Source: Macrostomum lignano (Eukaryota). From it: DNA of 64,000 nt. The notes under the pieces were generated by a model, which worked only from the letters and a program-made list of their open reading frames with translations, was not told the origin of the DNA and made no database searches. Position numbers and translations under genes: made by a program. This document shows positions 12,147 through 23,153 of the stretch, in pieces. The number at the start of each line of letters is the position of its first letter. Positions within the stretch are counted from its first letter, which is position 1. Location: positions 124,001-188,000 of the forward strand of contig NIVC01001427.1 in NCBI GenBank assembly GCA_002269645.1, written 5' to 3'.

Positions 12147-13188
12147 GACTCTGATTTGGTGCCACCAGAAGGGGCGGCCGCCCTTGGCTAAGTGACAGGT
12201 TTAGCCTAGCTAAATGCAGTCCGTGTTTACTGCTGGCCTGCACTGGACTTGGCCCGGCTCTGCACGCCTCGTGAGCCACTCACTCGCTCTGCAGCCAAAG
12301 CTGCATGAAGGCCCCGCAAGACAAGAAGAAATGGCAAATGTTCCGGTTGGGGTGGCTGCCCGCTTTCAACACACACCTATCCTCCAGCACATCTGCCCAC
12401 TCAATGGACCCCCATAGGGAGAGAGGAGTACGTCTGGGAAGACCAGCAAGGGGTCACGTGAGGTTAATGTACATTAGTAGGAGGCGCGAGCGTACACTGC
12501 GGGGAGATGCTACTTTTTCTCCCCAGCGTTCCCGTTCCCATACAGCCATGACATGCCAGACAATAGCATTTCTGTTCGGCTGTAATTTTGCCAAGGAGCG
12601 TCTTTTTCGGGCATTTGATACTGAAGGCCGAGTTAAAGGTATTAAAAGGTAGAAATCGGACACAAGTGACAGAAAGATGGGAGTCCAAGAAAGTGTCTGT
12701 TGGGAGTGACAGAAAGTGTCAGATGGGAGTGACAGAAAGTGTCAGATGGGAGTGACAGAAAGTGTCTGTTGGGAGTGACAGAAAGTGTCAGATGGGAGTG
12801 ACAGAAAGATGGGAGTCCAAGAAAGTGTCTGTTGGGAGTGACAGAAAGTGTCAGATGGGAGTGACAGAAAGTGTCAGATGGGAGTGACAGAAAGTGTCTG
12901 TTGGGAGTGACAGAAAGTGTCAGATGGGAGTGACAGAGAGTGTCAGATGGGAGGGACAGAAAGTCAAACGGAGTGACAGAAAGAGCCAGATGGGAGTGAC
13001 AGAAAGTGTCAGTTAGGAGTGACAGACAGTGCCAACAAAATGCTAGCTACAGAAATGTCAGTCTCGCACACCTGAGTGAACTTTTCGTCAAAGTTCTGCC
13101 GCTTGCAGTAGGCCTCGAGCTCCTCGCGGGTGATCTCGCCGCTAAAGTCGGTGTCGATGGACTCGAATGCTTTGAGAAAGTCGGCCAT
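11115..13188 (-). CDS. Tegumental-allergen-like (TAL) protein, 2 EF-hands + dynein light chain domain; isoform using first exon 1a
   Basis: Exons 13072-13188 (MADFLKAFESIDTDFSGEITREELEAYCKRQNFDEKFTQ), 11563-11657 (KWLNLFDIDNSGTISIEEYCEVLGLKPNEDY) and 11115-11457 (linker + DLC: EKDIAKYIKSELD...WHVIVGRFQYGSYCTHE...FFVNRFAILVWRTP). GT-AG junctions, phases 0 and 2, 184 aa. Confidence 0.85.
11800..11955 (+). repeat. 20-bp minisatellite (GCTAGTGGATTGCTAATCTA) in TAL intron
   Basis: About 7 degenerate units. Confidence 0.85.
12665..13020 (+). repeat. 23-bp minisatellite (GGGAGTGACAGAAAGTGTCAGAT) between the two TAL first exons
   Basis: Tandem units seen directly. Confidence 0.9.
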
Positions 13189-13803
13189 GGCTGAGAGTCA
13201 GGGGGGGCGAGCTGGTCTTGCTGAGGTCTTGCAAAAAGGCGAAGAGCAACGCAGCTTTGAGAGACTGGAAACGTGGAATTATAGAGAGAGAATTGGAGCC
13301 TCAAGGCGGGGCGTGGGCAGAGACTGACCCCCCCCCCTGACTGAGCGAGCGGCACAATGGGAGTTGCAAATTGCAAGAGTGAAGCTCGGCAGTTTGGACA
13401 ATCGCCAGCAGCACAGGTCTCTGCGTGTCTGAGCAAACAGGAGTCGCTGCCGAGTTGCCACTTGGCCGAGAGAGAGCAAACTCAGTGAGTGAGCAGTGAG
13501 TGAGTGAGATGGGGCCGGCGACTGCAAGGCAGACCACAGTGGTATGAAGTTGCAACAGCTCTGCTGCACCTGGCCACAATTTGAATGGAAAATACCATGC
13601 CATAAAAGACGAGAGAAGTTTTTAGAAAGACAGAGAAGAGCCCGCGTGCTTGTTTGAAAAACAAAAAGCAATTCGGGTGAGGGGGGCTTTTGACTGGGTT
13701 TCTTAAATTTTGTCTTTTTTGAGAATTTTGCTGAGCCACACAGGGCGCGCCGAGACAGCGCGGCGACCACAGGTGGGTGGGGAGGGAGATGGGAGAAGCA
13801 GAA

Positions 13804-14795
13804 TCTGCTGGTCAGTAGGCACACTGCAAATGTAAAGTAAAACACCAATACTACTGCTGGTGAGTAGGCACACTGCAAATGTATAGTAAAACACCAATAC
13901 TACTGCTGGTGAGTAGGCACACTGCAAATATATAGTAAAACACCAATACTACTGCTGGTCAGTAGGCACACTGCAAATGCATAGTAAAACACCAATACTA
14001 CTGCTGGTCAGTAGGCACACTGCAAATGTATAGTAAAACACCAATACTACTGCTGGTCAGTAGGCACACTGCAAATGCATAGTAAAACACCAATACTACT
14101 GCTGGTCAGTAGGCACACTGCAAATGTATAGTAAAACACCAATACCACTGCTGGTCAGTAGGCACACTGCAAATGTATAGTAAAACACCAATACTACTGC
14201 TGGTCAGTAGGCACACTGCAAATGCATAGTAAAACACCAATACTACTGCTGGTCAGTAGGCACACTGCAAATGTAAAGTAAAACACCAATACTACTGCTG
14301 GTGAGTAGGCACACTGCAAATGTATAGTAAAACACCAATACTACTGCTGGTCAGTAGGCACACTGCAAATGTAAAGTAAACACCAATACTACTGCTGGTC
14401 AGTAGGCACACTGCAAATGTATAGTAAAACACCAATACTACTGCTGGTCAGTAGGCACACTGCAAATGTATAGTAAAACACCAATACTACTGCTGGTCAG
14501 TAGGCACACTGCAAATGTATAGTAAAACACCAATACTACTGCTGGTCAGTAGGCACACTGCAAATGTATAGTAAACACCAATACTACTGCTGGTCAGTAG
14601 GCACACTGCAAATGTATAGTAAACACCAATACTACTGCTGGTCAGTAGGCACACTGCAAATGTATAGTAAACACCAATACTACTGCTGGTCAGTAGGCAC
14701 ACTGCAAATGTATAGTAAACACCAATACTACTGCTGGTCAGTAGGCACACTGCAAATGTATAGTAAACACCAATACTACTGCTGGTCAGTAGGCG
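13804..14795 (+). repeat. 48/49-bp minisatellite (TACTGCTGGTCAGTAGGCACACTGCAAATGTATAGTAAAACACCAATAC)
   Basis: About 20 units; the last ones are 48 bp (one A fewer), which produces spurious repetitive ORFs. Confidence 0.95.
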
Positions 14796-15012
14796 CTGCA
14801 AATTAAACCGTATAATTTGTATCACTTCGCCCAAAATCTGATCCAAAAAAGCAAAACGCCTGCGAGGCTGAAAAGGAAAGCAAATATTGATTGAGGCCCG
14901 AGCGCAGACCGTCGGATTGCGAAGCTTAGCAAAACTGCAGGTACAGGGCTTAGCCAAAAAACGATTAAAGAGAAACTCGATCGACTCCACGGCTAAAAAA
15001 CAGTCCAAGTCT

Positions 15013-15735
15013 CTAGCGGGTGGCGACCTCGGCCTGGTGCACAGTCAGGAGGAACCGGAAGTCATCGCCGGGCGGTGGCCGGTGCGCCAGCAGCCCCGTC
15101 AGCAACACCAGGAACTCCTCCTGCGGCTCGGCGCTAAGCAACTGCGCCGGCTCAACCTCCGGCGGCGGCGGCGGCGGTGGCGCCACCTCGACCGCGGGCT
15201 CCGGCGACGGCGGCGCCTCGTCTTCAGTGGACGGCTCCTCCTCCTCGGAGGTGGCCTTGCCGCAGGAGCTCTTGGCAGCTGCCCGCTTCTTCCTCGGCGC
15301 TGTGGGCGCGGACACCGACGGCGGCTCGGTCTCCGGATCGGCGTGCTCAAACTCCAGCGCTGCCGCAGAGACGTCCGCAGTCGGTGAAGTCAGCGGCGTG
15401 ACGGTCTCGACCTCCTGCGGCGCCGGTGGGGCCTGCCGGTCGGCGATGGTCAGGAGGAAGCGGAAGTCGCCCGCATTGTCGGCGTCGGCCTCGGGGACGG
15501 CGCGGCCGGACTGGCGCGCTTCGAACTCGGCGTTGTGCCGGCTGGTCGGGAAGCTGGCGGCTGAGCTGTTGGCCAGGCTGTCCGCGGCGTCAGTCGTGTC
15601 GTCCTCGTCGTCCTCGGAGCCGCGCTGGCAGGCAATGGGCCGTCGCCGGTCGCAGCCGCCGCCACCACCGCCGCTGCTGCCGCCGCCGCCGCCGCTGCCG
15701 CGGGTGCATCGGAAGCTCTTTGAGAAAACCGGCAT
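15013..15735 (-). CDS. Orphan single-exon 240-aa acidic, Pro-rich disordered protein with repeated DFRFLLT motif
   Basis: GC-rich open frame resembling neighbouring exons; GTTTAG acceptor 13 nt before the ATG; motif (G)D(D)FRFLLT(I/V) twice plus EEFLVLLT. No family recognised. Confidence 0.65.
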   Translation of the reverse strand: MPVFSKSFRCTRGSGGGGGSSGGGGGGCDRRRPIACQRGSEDDEDDTTDAADSLANSSAASFPTSRHNAEFEARQSGRAVPEADADNAGDFRFLLTIADRQAPPAPQEVETVTPLTSPTADVSAAALEFEHADPETEPPSVSAPTAPRKKRAAAKSSCGKATSEEEEPSTEDEAPPSPEPAVEVAPPPPPPPEVEPAQLLSAEPQEEFLVLLTGLLAHRPPPGDDFRFLLTVHQAEVATR

Positions 15736-16396
15736 GGCCGCTCGGGTTCTAAACTGGCGTCGGGGAGGTCAAAAAGTCACCTGGCAGGGGGACGGCAGCT
15801 CTGAGCGGGTGCCACTGCATCTAGTCTGCAGATGCTCATTCCATGTCTATGGCACATGCTGCGGTGAAGCTGGAGTTCTAAAAATAGCATCTGGAGTGAG
15901 AGCACTACGATCATGGATGAATAAAAATGACTACGATGGGCCACTTCCTTAGTTGCTCACAGATATCATAAAACCCTCGATACGGTAGCCTTCAAATAAA
16001 GCGATTTGCAAGCAAAAAAAATAGCAAATGTTTCCAAATTCTCTGAGCACTTCACGAGTCTACGAGTCTACAGTATTGTTTTCAGATGCCCCGTAGACGG
16101 CCCTGACCACCGCAGTATATTTCGGCGGAAAAGTTGATTTACAGTCGAAGTTGCTGCGCATGGCCAATTCACTTTCAGACAGAAGATCATAAACTGATCA
16201 GAATACTGAGCCGGGGTAGTCGATCAAGGTGCAATGCTTTTTCTGATATTTACGGAATAACAACAAGCATAATTGAGTACTAAACGTATAATGCAGAAGA
16301 TTAAATACCTTACGTAAAATTTACATTGCAGGACACGTTAAATTTAATAGAGATACTTCTATCGGCACTGTGCTAGCTTAATTAAATAGGCTGGTC

Positions 16397-16895
16397 TCCC
16401 GTATCCAAGGAAACAAACGGTTGCTATGTGACTACAACTGCCGAGGTCTCCCGTATCTAAGGACACAACCGGTCGCTATGTGGCTACAACTGCCGAGGCC
16501 TACCGTATCCAAGGAAACAACCGGTTGCTATGTGGCTACAACTGCCGAGGCCTACCGTATCCAAGGAAACAACCGGTTGCTATGTGGCTACAACTGCCGA
16601 GGTCTACCGTATCCAAAGTAACAACCGGTTGCTATGTGGCTACAACTGCCGAGGTCTCCCGTATCCAAAGTAACAACCGGTTGCTATGTGGCTACAACTG
16701 CCGAGGTCTCCCGTATCCAAGGAAACAACCGGTTGCTATGTGACTACAACTGCCGAGGTCTCCCGTATCCAGGAAACAACCGGTTGCTATGTGGCTACAA
16801 CTGCCGAGGTCTCCCGTATCCAAAGTAACAACCGGTTGCTATGTGGCTACAACTGCCGGGGTCTACCGTATCCAAGGAAACAACCGGTTGCTATG
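16397..16895 (+). repeat. About 52-bp minisatellite (CCGTATCCAAGGAAACAACCGGTTGCTATGTGGCTACAACTGCCGAGGTCTC)
   Basis: About 9-10 tandem units directly after the stop of the TSP1 gene. Confidence 0.95.
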
Positions 16896-16903
16896 CAGTT
16901 CTA

Positions 16904-17638
16904 TCAGGCCCGGGCATCATCCAGGCTGTCAGCGCTGCCGGAGTGCAGGGGGCTGCGGTCGTACTGCTCGAACCGAACTCGCGGCGCCGGCTCTGCAACT
17001 GCCGGCTTCAGCGGCTGCTGCGTAGGCGGCGCCTGCGGGTGCAGCGGCTCCGCTGCAACTTCGCGAAGGCCGGCACCTTCACGCCGTTGCCGGTGCCGGA
17101 TGTAGCAGAGGAAGGCGGCGATGGGGCCAGCTGCCAGGCAGGTGCCGCCGAGGAACACCGCCAGCATGCGGCCTGTCTCGGCGTTGAAGACCCTCGAGCA
17201 GGCGGCCACCTCCTCCGCGCCGCTCTCCGGGCAGCCCGCCCGCTCCTCGTCTAGCTCGTCTGGCCGGAGGAACGGCGCCGGACAGCCGCAGCTGCGCCGA
17301 CGGCGCGTCTCCGCGATGCGGATGCCGCAGGCGCTCCAGTCGGACCAGGTGCACCACCGGCCGTAGACGGCAGCCTCGGTGCAGGGCTCCGGGCAGGGGC
17401 CGCCCGAGCCCGCGGGGTGGCGGGTGGCCTGGCTGGTGGCCTTCCACAGGCAGCAGGTGCAGAATCGTGCGTCGGAGACCCGGCAGCTGCCGTTGACGGT
17501 GGCGCAGGCCATGAGCCGCCAGCTGCAAGTGTAGTCCTCCCCGACAGGCCGCATCCGGGGCACCATGGCGACCGCGGCTGCCGCTGCCAGCAGGAGGCCC
17601 GCCGCGGTGAGCAGCGGGCAGCGGCAGCTTGCAGACAT
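16904..17638 (-). CDS. Type I membrane protein with Cys-rich ectodomain and one thrombospondin type-1 repeat (244 aa)
   Basis: Likely start MSASCRCPLLTAAGLLLAAAAAVA (signal peptide); WCTWSDWSACG...RRRRSC TSR motif; TM segment MLAVFLGGTCLAAGPIAAFLCYI followed by RHRQRR; strong pyrimidine-rich acceptor at 17752-17770. Confidence 0.8.
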   Translation of the reverse strand: MSASCRCPLLTAAGLLLAAAAAVAMVPRMRPVGEDYTCSWRLMACATVNGSCRVSDARFCTCCLWKATSQATRHPAGSGGPCPEPCTEAAVYGRWCTWSDWSACGIRIAETRRRRSCGCPAPFLRPDELDEERAGCPESGAEEVAACSRVFNAETGRMLAVFLGGTCLAAGPIAAFLCYIRHRQRREGAGLREVAAEPLHPQAPPTQQPLKPAVAEPAPRVRFEQYDRSPLHSGSADSLDDARA

Positions 17639-18293
17639 GAGCAGGGGGATTTGGGATTGCGGTAGCGCAGGAGGGGAGAACCAAGGCTCCGTGACAGCTC
17701 CGCGGATTGCAACGGGAGAGACGGAAGTGAGGAATAAGAGAAAAATCCTTTCTAGGAGAGAGGGGAAAGGAATCCCAACAGACAGGCCTGTCCGCCCAGC
17801 CCTGCAGCACTGTACAACAGCGAGCCCACGCCCTGCAGTGCACGGCTGCCGCTGTACTCCGAATCCCGTCCACCACCCTCCCTCCCAGATCCCAGCGCAC
17901 TTGCGCACGTGGACTGCTCGGGGCCGACACCCCAGCCAGCACTGCACAGCCAGCATGCTGTACATCTTAAGACTGAAAGCTTGAAGAGCTTAAATATGCA
18001 GCGATAGACCCTCATATAATGACATACGCCTCAGCATTCCCAGCTCTGCGTTACAAGACATATAAGCTGAAGCCACAATCCGTACTGTAAACAAAATCTG
18101 TAATTGCAATGCAAAATCACAGCACTTGACGTTGACAATAAATAAAAAGGCAGCAGAAAAAGCAGAGTTCATCTCATCCAATATCTTCGGTGGCAGCTTC
18201 ACCAGAGCGTAAAGTGGCCTCTGGCAGGCTGAGGAGCTCGAAAGCCCAAATAAAAAATTATTATTTATTATATAGGGAAGAAATCCAAAGTTG

Positions 18294-18745
<452 letters not shown>

Positions 18746-19409
18746 TACAGTATGTATATTTTTGCCAGCAGAGCACTGTTGGCAATGCATAAAAGTATGT
18801 CAATAAATTCGATATAGCTCATGTTTTTTATACTTACTACTGACAATTAACAGAGTGATCAGTAGTATCATGAGGAAAAAAGCATTAATAATAAAGATTT
18901 GCTGATTTAGAATAAAAGCAGCAGCTGACTGGGCCGGGGCCGCCGCACGGAATTTCCCGCCGAAAAAAGCACTGTAAAGCGTAGACTGAACCGGAGGCAT
19001 TGGGCAGAGTTCCCAACGGCTCAACGATAGAAGACAAGCATCAATGATGAAGGTAAAAAAAGATGCAGATAAAAAATGAAACCAGACGCAATCCGGATCA
19101 CAAAATCAATACTATCGAGGTGATTCAGGCGCTGGTGCATAAAATATGGGTGCGTCGCTCTAACTGCCCTACTGTGAGTAGGCAAATTTGCTTTCTTATA
19201 AGCAACAATAAAAATTGAGTGCTAAAATTCGAATAAAAAATAGAAATGTATGAGATGGAACAGAGCTGAGTCCGTTTAAATAATGCGTGCTAGCAGGTAG
19301 ATTTGTATGAGGGAAGCTGAACCGTGATGCCAAACACTTCCAGAATGAATTTTATAGTCTTTATCAATTGATTGATGATGAATCTGTCGAGCATATGACC
19401 AATCTGTGG

Positions 19410-20400
19410 AGTCTATGACCAATTTGAAGAGTCTATGATCAACTTGAAGAGTCTATGACCAATTTGAAGAGTCTATGACCAATTTGAAGAGTCTATGACC
19501 AATTTGTAGAGTCTATGACCAATTTGAAGCGTCTATGACGAATTTGAAGAGTCTATGGCCAATTTGAAGAGTCTATGACCAATTTGAAGAGTTTATGACC
19601 AATTTGTTGAGTCTATGATCAAATTTTAGAGTGTATGACCTATTCGTAGAGTCTATGACCTATTCGTAGAGTCTATGACCTATTCGTAGAGTCTATGACC
19701 TATTCGTAGAGTCTATGACCTATTCGTAGATTCTATGACTTATTCGTAGAGTCTATGACCTATTCGTAGAGTCTATGACCTATTCGTAGAGTCTATGACC
19801 TATTCGTAGAGTCTATGACCTATTCGTAGAGTCTATGACCTATTCGTAGAGTCTATGACCTATTCGTAGAGTCTATGACCTATTCGTAGAGTCTATGACC
19901 TATTCGTAGATTCTATGACTTATTCGTAGAGTCTATGACCTATTCGTAGAGTCTATGACCTATTCGTAGAGTCTATGACCTATTCGTAGAGTCTATGACC
20001 TATTCGTAGAGTCTATGACCTATTCGTAGAGTCTATGACCTATTCGTAGAGTCTATGACCTATTCGTAGAGTCTATGACCTATTCGTAGAGTCTATGACC
20101 TATTCGTAGAGTCTATGACCTATTCGTAGAGTCTATGACCTATTCGTAGAGTCTATGACCTATTCGTAGAGTCTATGACCTATTCGTAGAGTCTATGACC
20201 TATTCGTAGAGTCTATGACCTATTCGTAGAGTCTATGACCTATTCGTAGAGTCTATGACCTATTCGTAGAGTCTATGACCTATTCGTAGAGTCTATGACC
20301 TATTCGTAGAGTCTATGACCTATTCGTAGAGTCTATGACCTATTCGTAGAGTCTATGATCTATTCGTAGAGTCTATGACCTATTCGTAGAGTCTATGACT
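19410..20400 (+). repeat. 20-bp minisatellite (GAGTCTATGACCTATTCGTA) abutting the PAK stop codon
   Basis: Near-perfect units at 19630-20400; a diverged variant (GAGTCTATGACCAATTTGAA) at 19410-19630. Confidence 0.97.
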
Positions 20401-20401
20401 G

Positions 20402-23153
20402 TCACGACCGCCCCTTGGCAGCCACTATGAGCGGCACCAGGCAGGCCACGGGCGGCGCCTCAGCAACCAGCGGGTGGCGAAGGAGGTCCCCGGCGCTGGG
20501 CCTCAACTCAGCGTCCACCTCCAGGCAGGAGTCGGTGAACTCGGATAGCCGGCCGGACACTCGGTGGCGATCGCGGGCCAGAGGTCGGCCATTGGCCGCA
20601 ATGAGGTAGAGGGCCCGCAGAGGGTTCTCGTTGAGGTAGGGCGGCTCGCCGTCCACCATCTCGATGGCCATGATGCCAAGCGCCCAGACGTCCACCTTGG
20701 GCCCGTAGGACTTGCGGGTGATCAGCTCCGGCGCCATCCAGTAGGGCGTGCCGACCATCGTGTGCCGCTGCCCGCTGCCGCCGCTTTCCAGCTGGGCGCA
20801 GAAACCGAAGTCCGTCAGCTTCACGGAGCCGTCCACGCCTGTGGAGGGGAGGGGAGAGGGGGAGATTCGTTGAGAGTCCACACTGAGAATGAGGAGAGAT
20901 AGGCAACCCTACCGAAGGGTAGATAGGCAACTCCACTCAAGTGGAGATAGGCAACCCCACTGAAGGGGAGATAGGCAACCCCACTCAAGTGGAGATAGGC
21001 AACCCCACTGAAGGGGAGATAGGCAACCCCACTGAAGGGGAGATAGGCAACCCCACTGAAGGGGAGATAGGCAACCCCACTGAAGGGGAGATAGGCAACT
21101 CCACTCAAGTGGAGATAGGCAACCCCACTCAAGTGGAGATAGGCAACCCCACTGAAGGGGAGATAGGCAACCCCACTCAAGTGGAGATAGGCAACCCCAC
21201 TGAAGGGGAGATAGGCAACCCCACTGAAGGGGAGATAGGCAACCCCACTGAAGGGGAGATAGGCAACCCCACTGAAGGGGAGATAGGCACTCCTACTGAG
21301 AAGCCTTGTTCACTGAAGCAAAGCAGAAAATGACACCCGGATCAGCTGGAATTCGTTCAGCACCGAGAGGCCGACCTCCACAGTAATTGAGGCGGGCATT
21401 CGGGAGGCTGATGAGCCCCGAGGCAAAGGGCGCAGGGGAGCAGAAAGCGGAGACTCTCTGTGCCGGGAATGGCGGCCGGGGTTCGCGCGCCTTCGGGCTG
21501 GGAATTCAGACTGATCTGCCGGCTGACGAGGATGGGAAATGGAATCGAGGGTCGAGGGGAGGCGAGTAAAGGCTAGAGGGAAATTTATCCCCTTGAACAC
21601 AAAAAGCAAAACTTGTTCGCAAATCAGTTGGGCTCAAAGCGAAGCGAAGTTGCAGTTCTTTTAAAGGTCCCGGGTTTGATTCCTCCTAATCAACTTCGCG
21701 GCTTACGAATATGATGCTAGCCTGGACTCGCTTCCTGTACTTATGTGAGCGCGAATGCACAAGACAAACAGCTGTCGAGTTCACAAGCACGCGCACAGGC
21801 GTATACTCACGCTTGAGTACAGGCACACTTAAGAAGTTGGCCCTCAAGAACATTAATTGCACGAGCAGAGCCAAGCCGAGATTCCAATTAAGCCTACGGC
21901 AAGCCTAGGCAAGCCTAGGCAAGCTTGTGAAAGCGAGTCACAAAGTTTTAAATAAAAAGTTATGAATTATAAGCCTAAAATCTAAAGTTTATGAAATTTC
22001 GATCTTAACGAGACCCCCCCCCCCCCCCGGGCAGACGCGCCCCCGACGGCCACCCACCCAGCAGCACGTTGTCGCTCTTGATGTCGCGGTGAATGACCCG
22101 ATTCTCGTGCAGGAAGTGCAGCGCGCCGAGCACCTCCCGGCAGACGGCGCCAATCTGGTCCTCGTCCATGCAGGTCTCCGTCACCACGTCCGTGAGGGAG
22201 CCGCCGCCCAGGTACTCCATCACCACCCAGAGCTCGTCGCCAACCAGGAAGCTGTCCAAGAAGTTGACGATGTTGGCGTGCCGGGTCTCCTTCATCACGA
22301 CTATCTCGTTGACGATGAGCTCCTTCTTGGGCTGCTTGGCGATCAGCATCTGCTTGATGGCCACCTGACTGCCGGTGCGCAGGTCGCGGCCCGCGTGCAC
22401 CACGCCTGAGGCGCCGTGGCCGATCTGTTCGAGCCGCTCGAATCGGCCGGCCGGCTGGCCACCGGACACCACCGAGCGCAGCCTCTCCAGCACCTCGGCA
22501 TCCGTGGCCGCCTTCCGCCTGCGCTGCTGCTGCCGAATTGCCGGCGGGGCTTCCGGCGCCGGCGCCACTCGGTCGCCCTTGGCAACGCCGCCGGGCGACT
22601 GCGGCCGAGGCAGCAGAGGCGCCGGCTGTGGCGGCGGCGGCGGCGGCGGCGGCGGCGCGGGCGGAGGCGGCCGAGGCCGGAGAAACTTGTCCGAGCAGCC
22701 GGCGGCCGGCTTGGCGTCAAGGAAGCGCAGCGCCTCGATGAGGGCCTGCGGGTTTTGCTGCTGCTCCTGGCGGGTGATGTTGGCGGCACTGAGCAGGCGG
22801 GTCCACTGCTCCGGCATGCCGCGGAACTCGCGTCTGTCCTGGTCGAAGGTCACGTGCATCGTGTGCTTAAAGTTCCTCGGGCTGGAGATGCTCGGCTTGT
22901 CTGTCGGCGACAGGCCCGAATCTGCTGCGGCCGGCGGCGGCTGAGGCGGCGGCGACTTTGGCGACTTTTTCTTCTGTCGTCGGCGGCCAGTTGGGGCGGG
23001 CGGATTCGGCAGCGGCTTGTCGGGCGGCCGGAGCGGCGGCTGCGCGCGGGCCACGTCGCCGCCAAAGCTGGCCATCCGTAGCGGCGGTGCTGGCGGCCTC
23101 TCGTCATCCTCGGCTGTTGGAGGCGGCGAATTCGCGGTAGCAGCGCTGGCCAT
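20402..23153 (-). CDS. PAK: p21-activated kinase, group I (PAK1/2/3-like), 510 aa
   Basis: Exons 22058-23153 and 20402-20838 (phase 1, joining [20 protein letters not shown]). N-terminal [24 protein letters not shown] plus autoinhibitory segment, kinase motifs [41 protein letters not shown] acceptor 3 nt before the ATG. Confidence 0.95.
20895..21297 (+). repeat. 24-bp minisatellite (GAGATAGGCAACCCCACTGAAGGG) in PAK intron
   Basis: Two interspersed unit variants. Confidence 0.95.

Noticed and set aside
13804-14795. Regular arrays resembling CRISPR repeats (also 16397-16895 and 48082-48878)
   Set aside because: Head-to-tail units with no unique spacers, no cas genes, eukaryotic context.
16904-17965. 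353-aa version of the TSP1 ORF
   Set aside because: The extension crosses a strong acceptor at 17752 and would bury the signal peptide; Met at 17638 is preferred.
21628-21686. tRNA/SINE-like B box (GGTTTGATTCC) in the PAK intron
   Set aside because: No convincing A box or cloverleaf.
22005-22057. PAK ORF read-through to 22005 and start at 23180
   Set aside because: Splicing at 22058 restores the kinase; an acceptor lies 3 nt before the Met at 23153.
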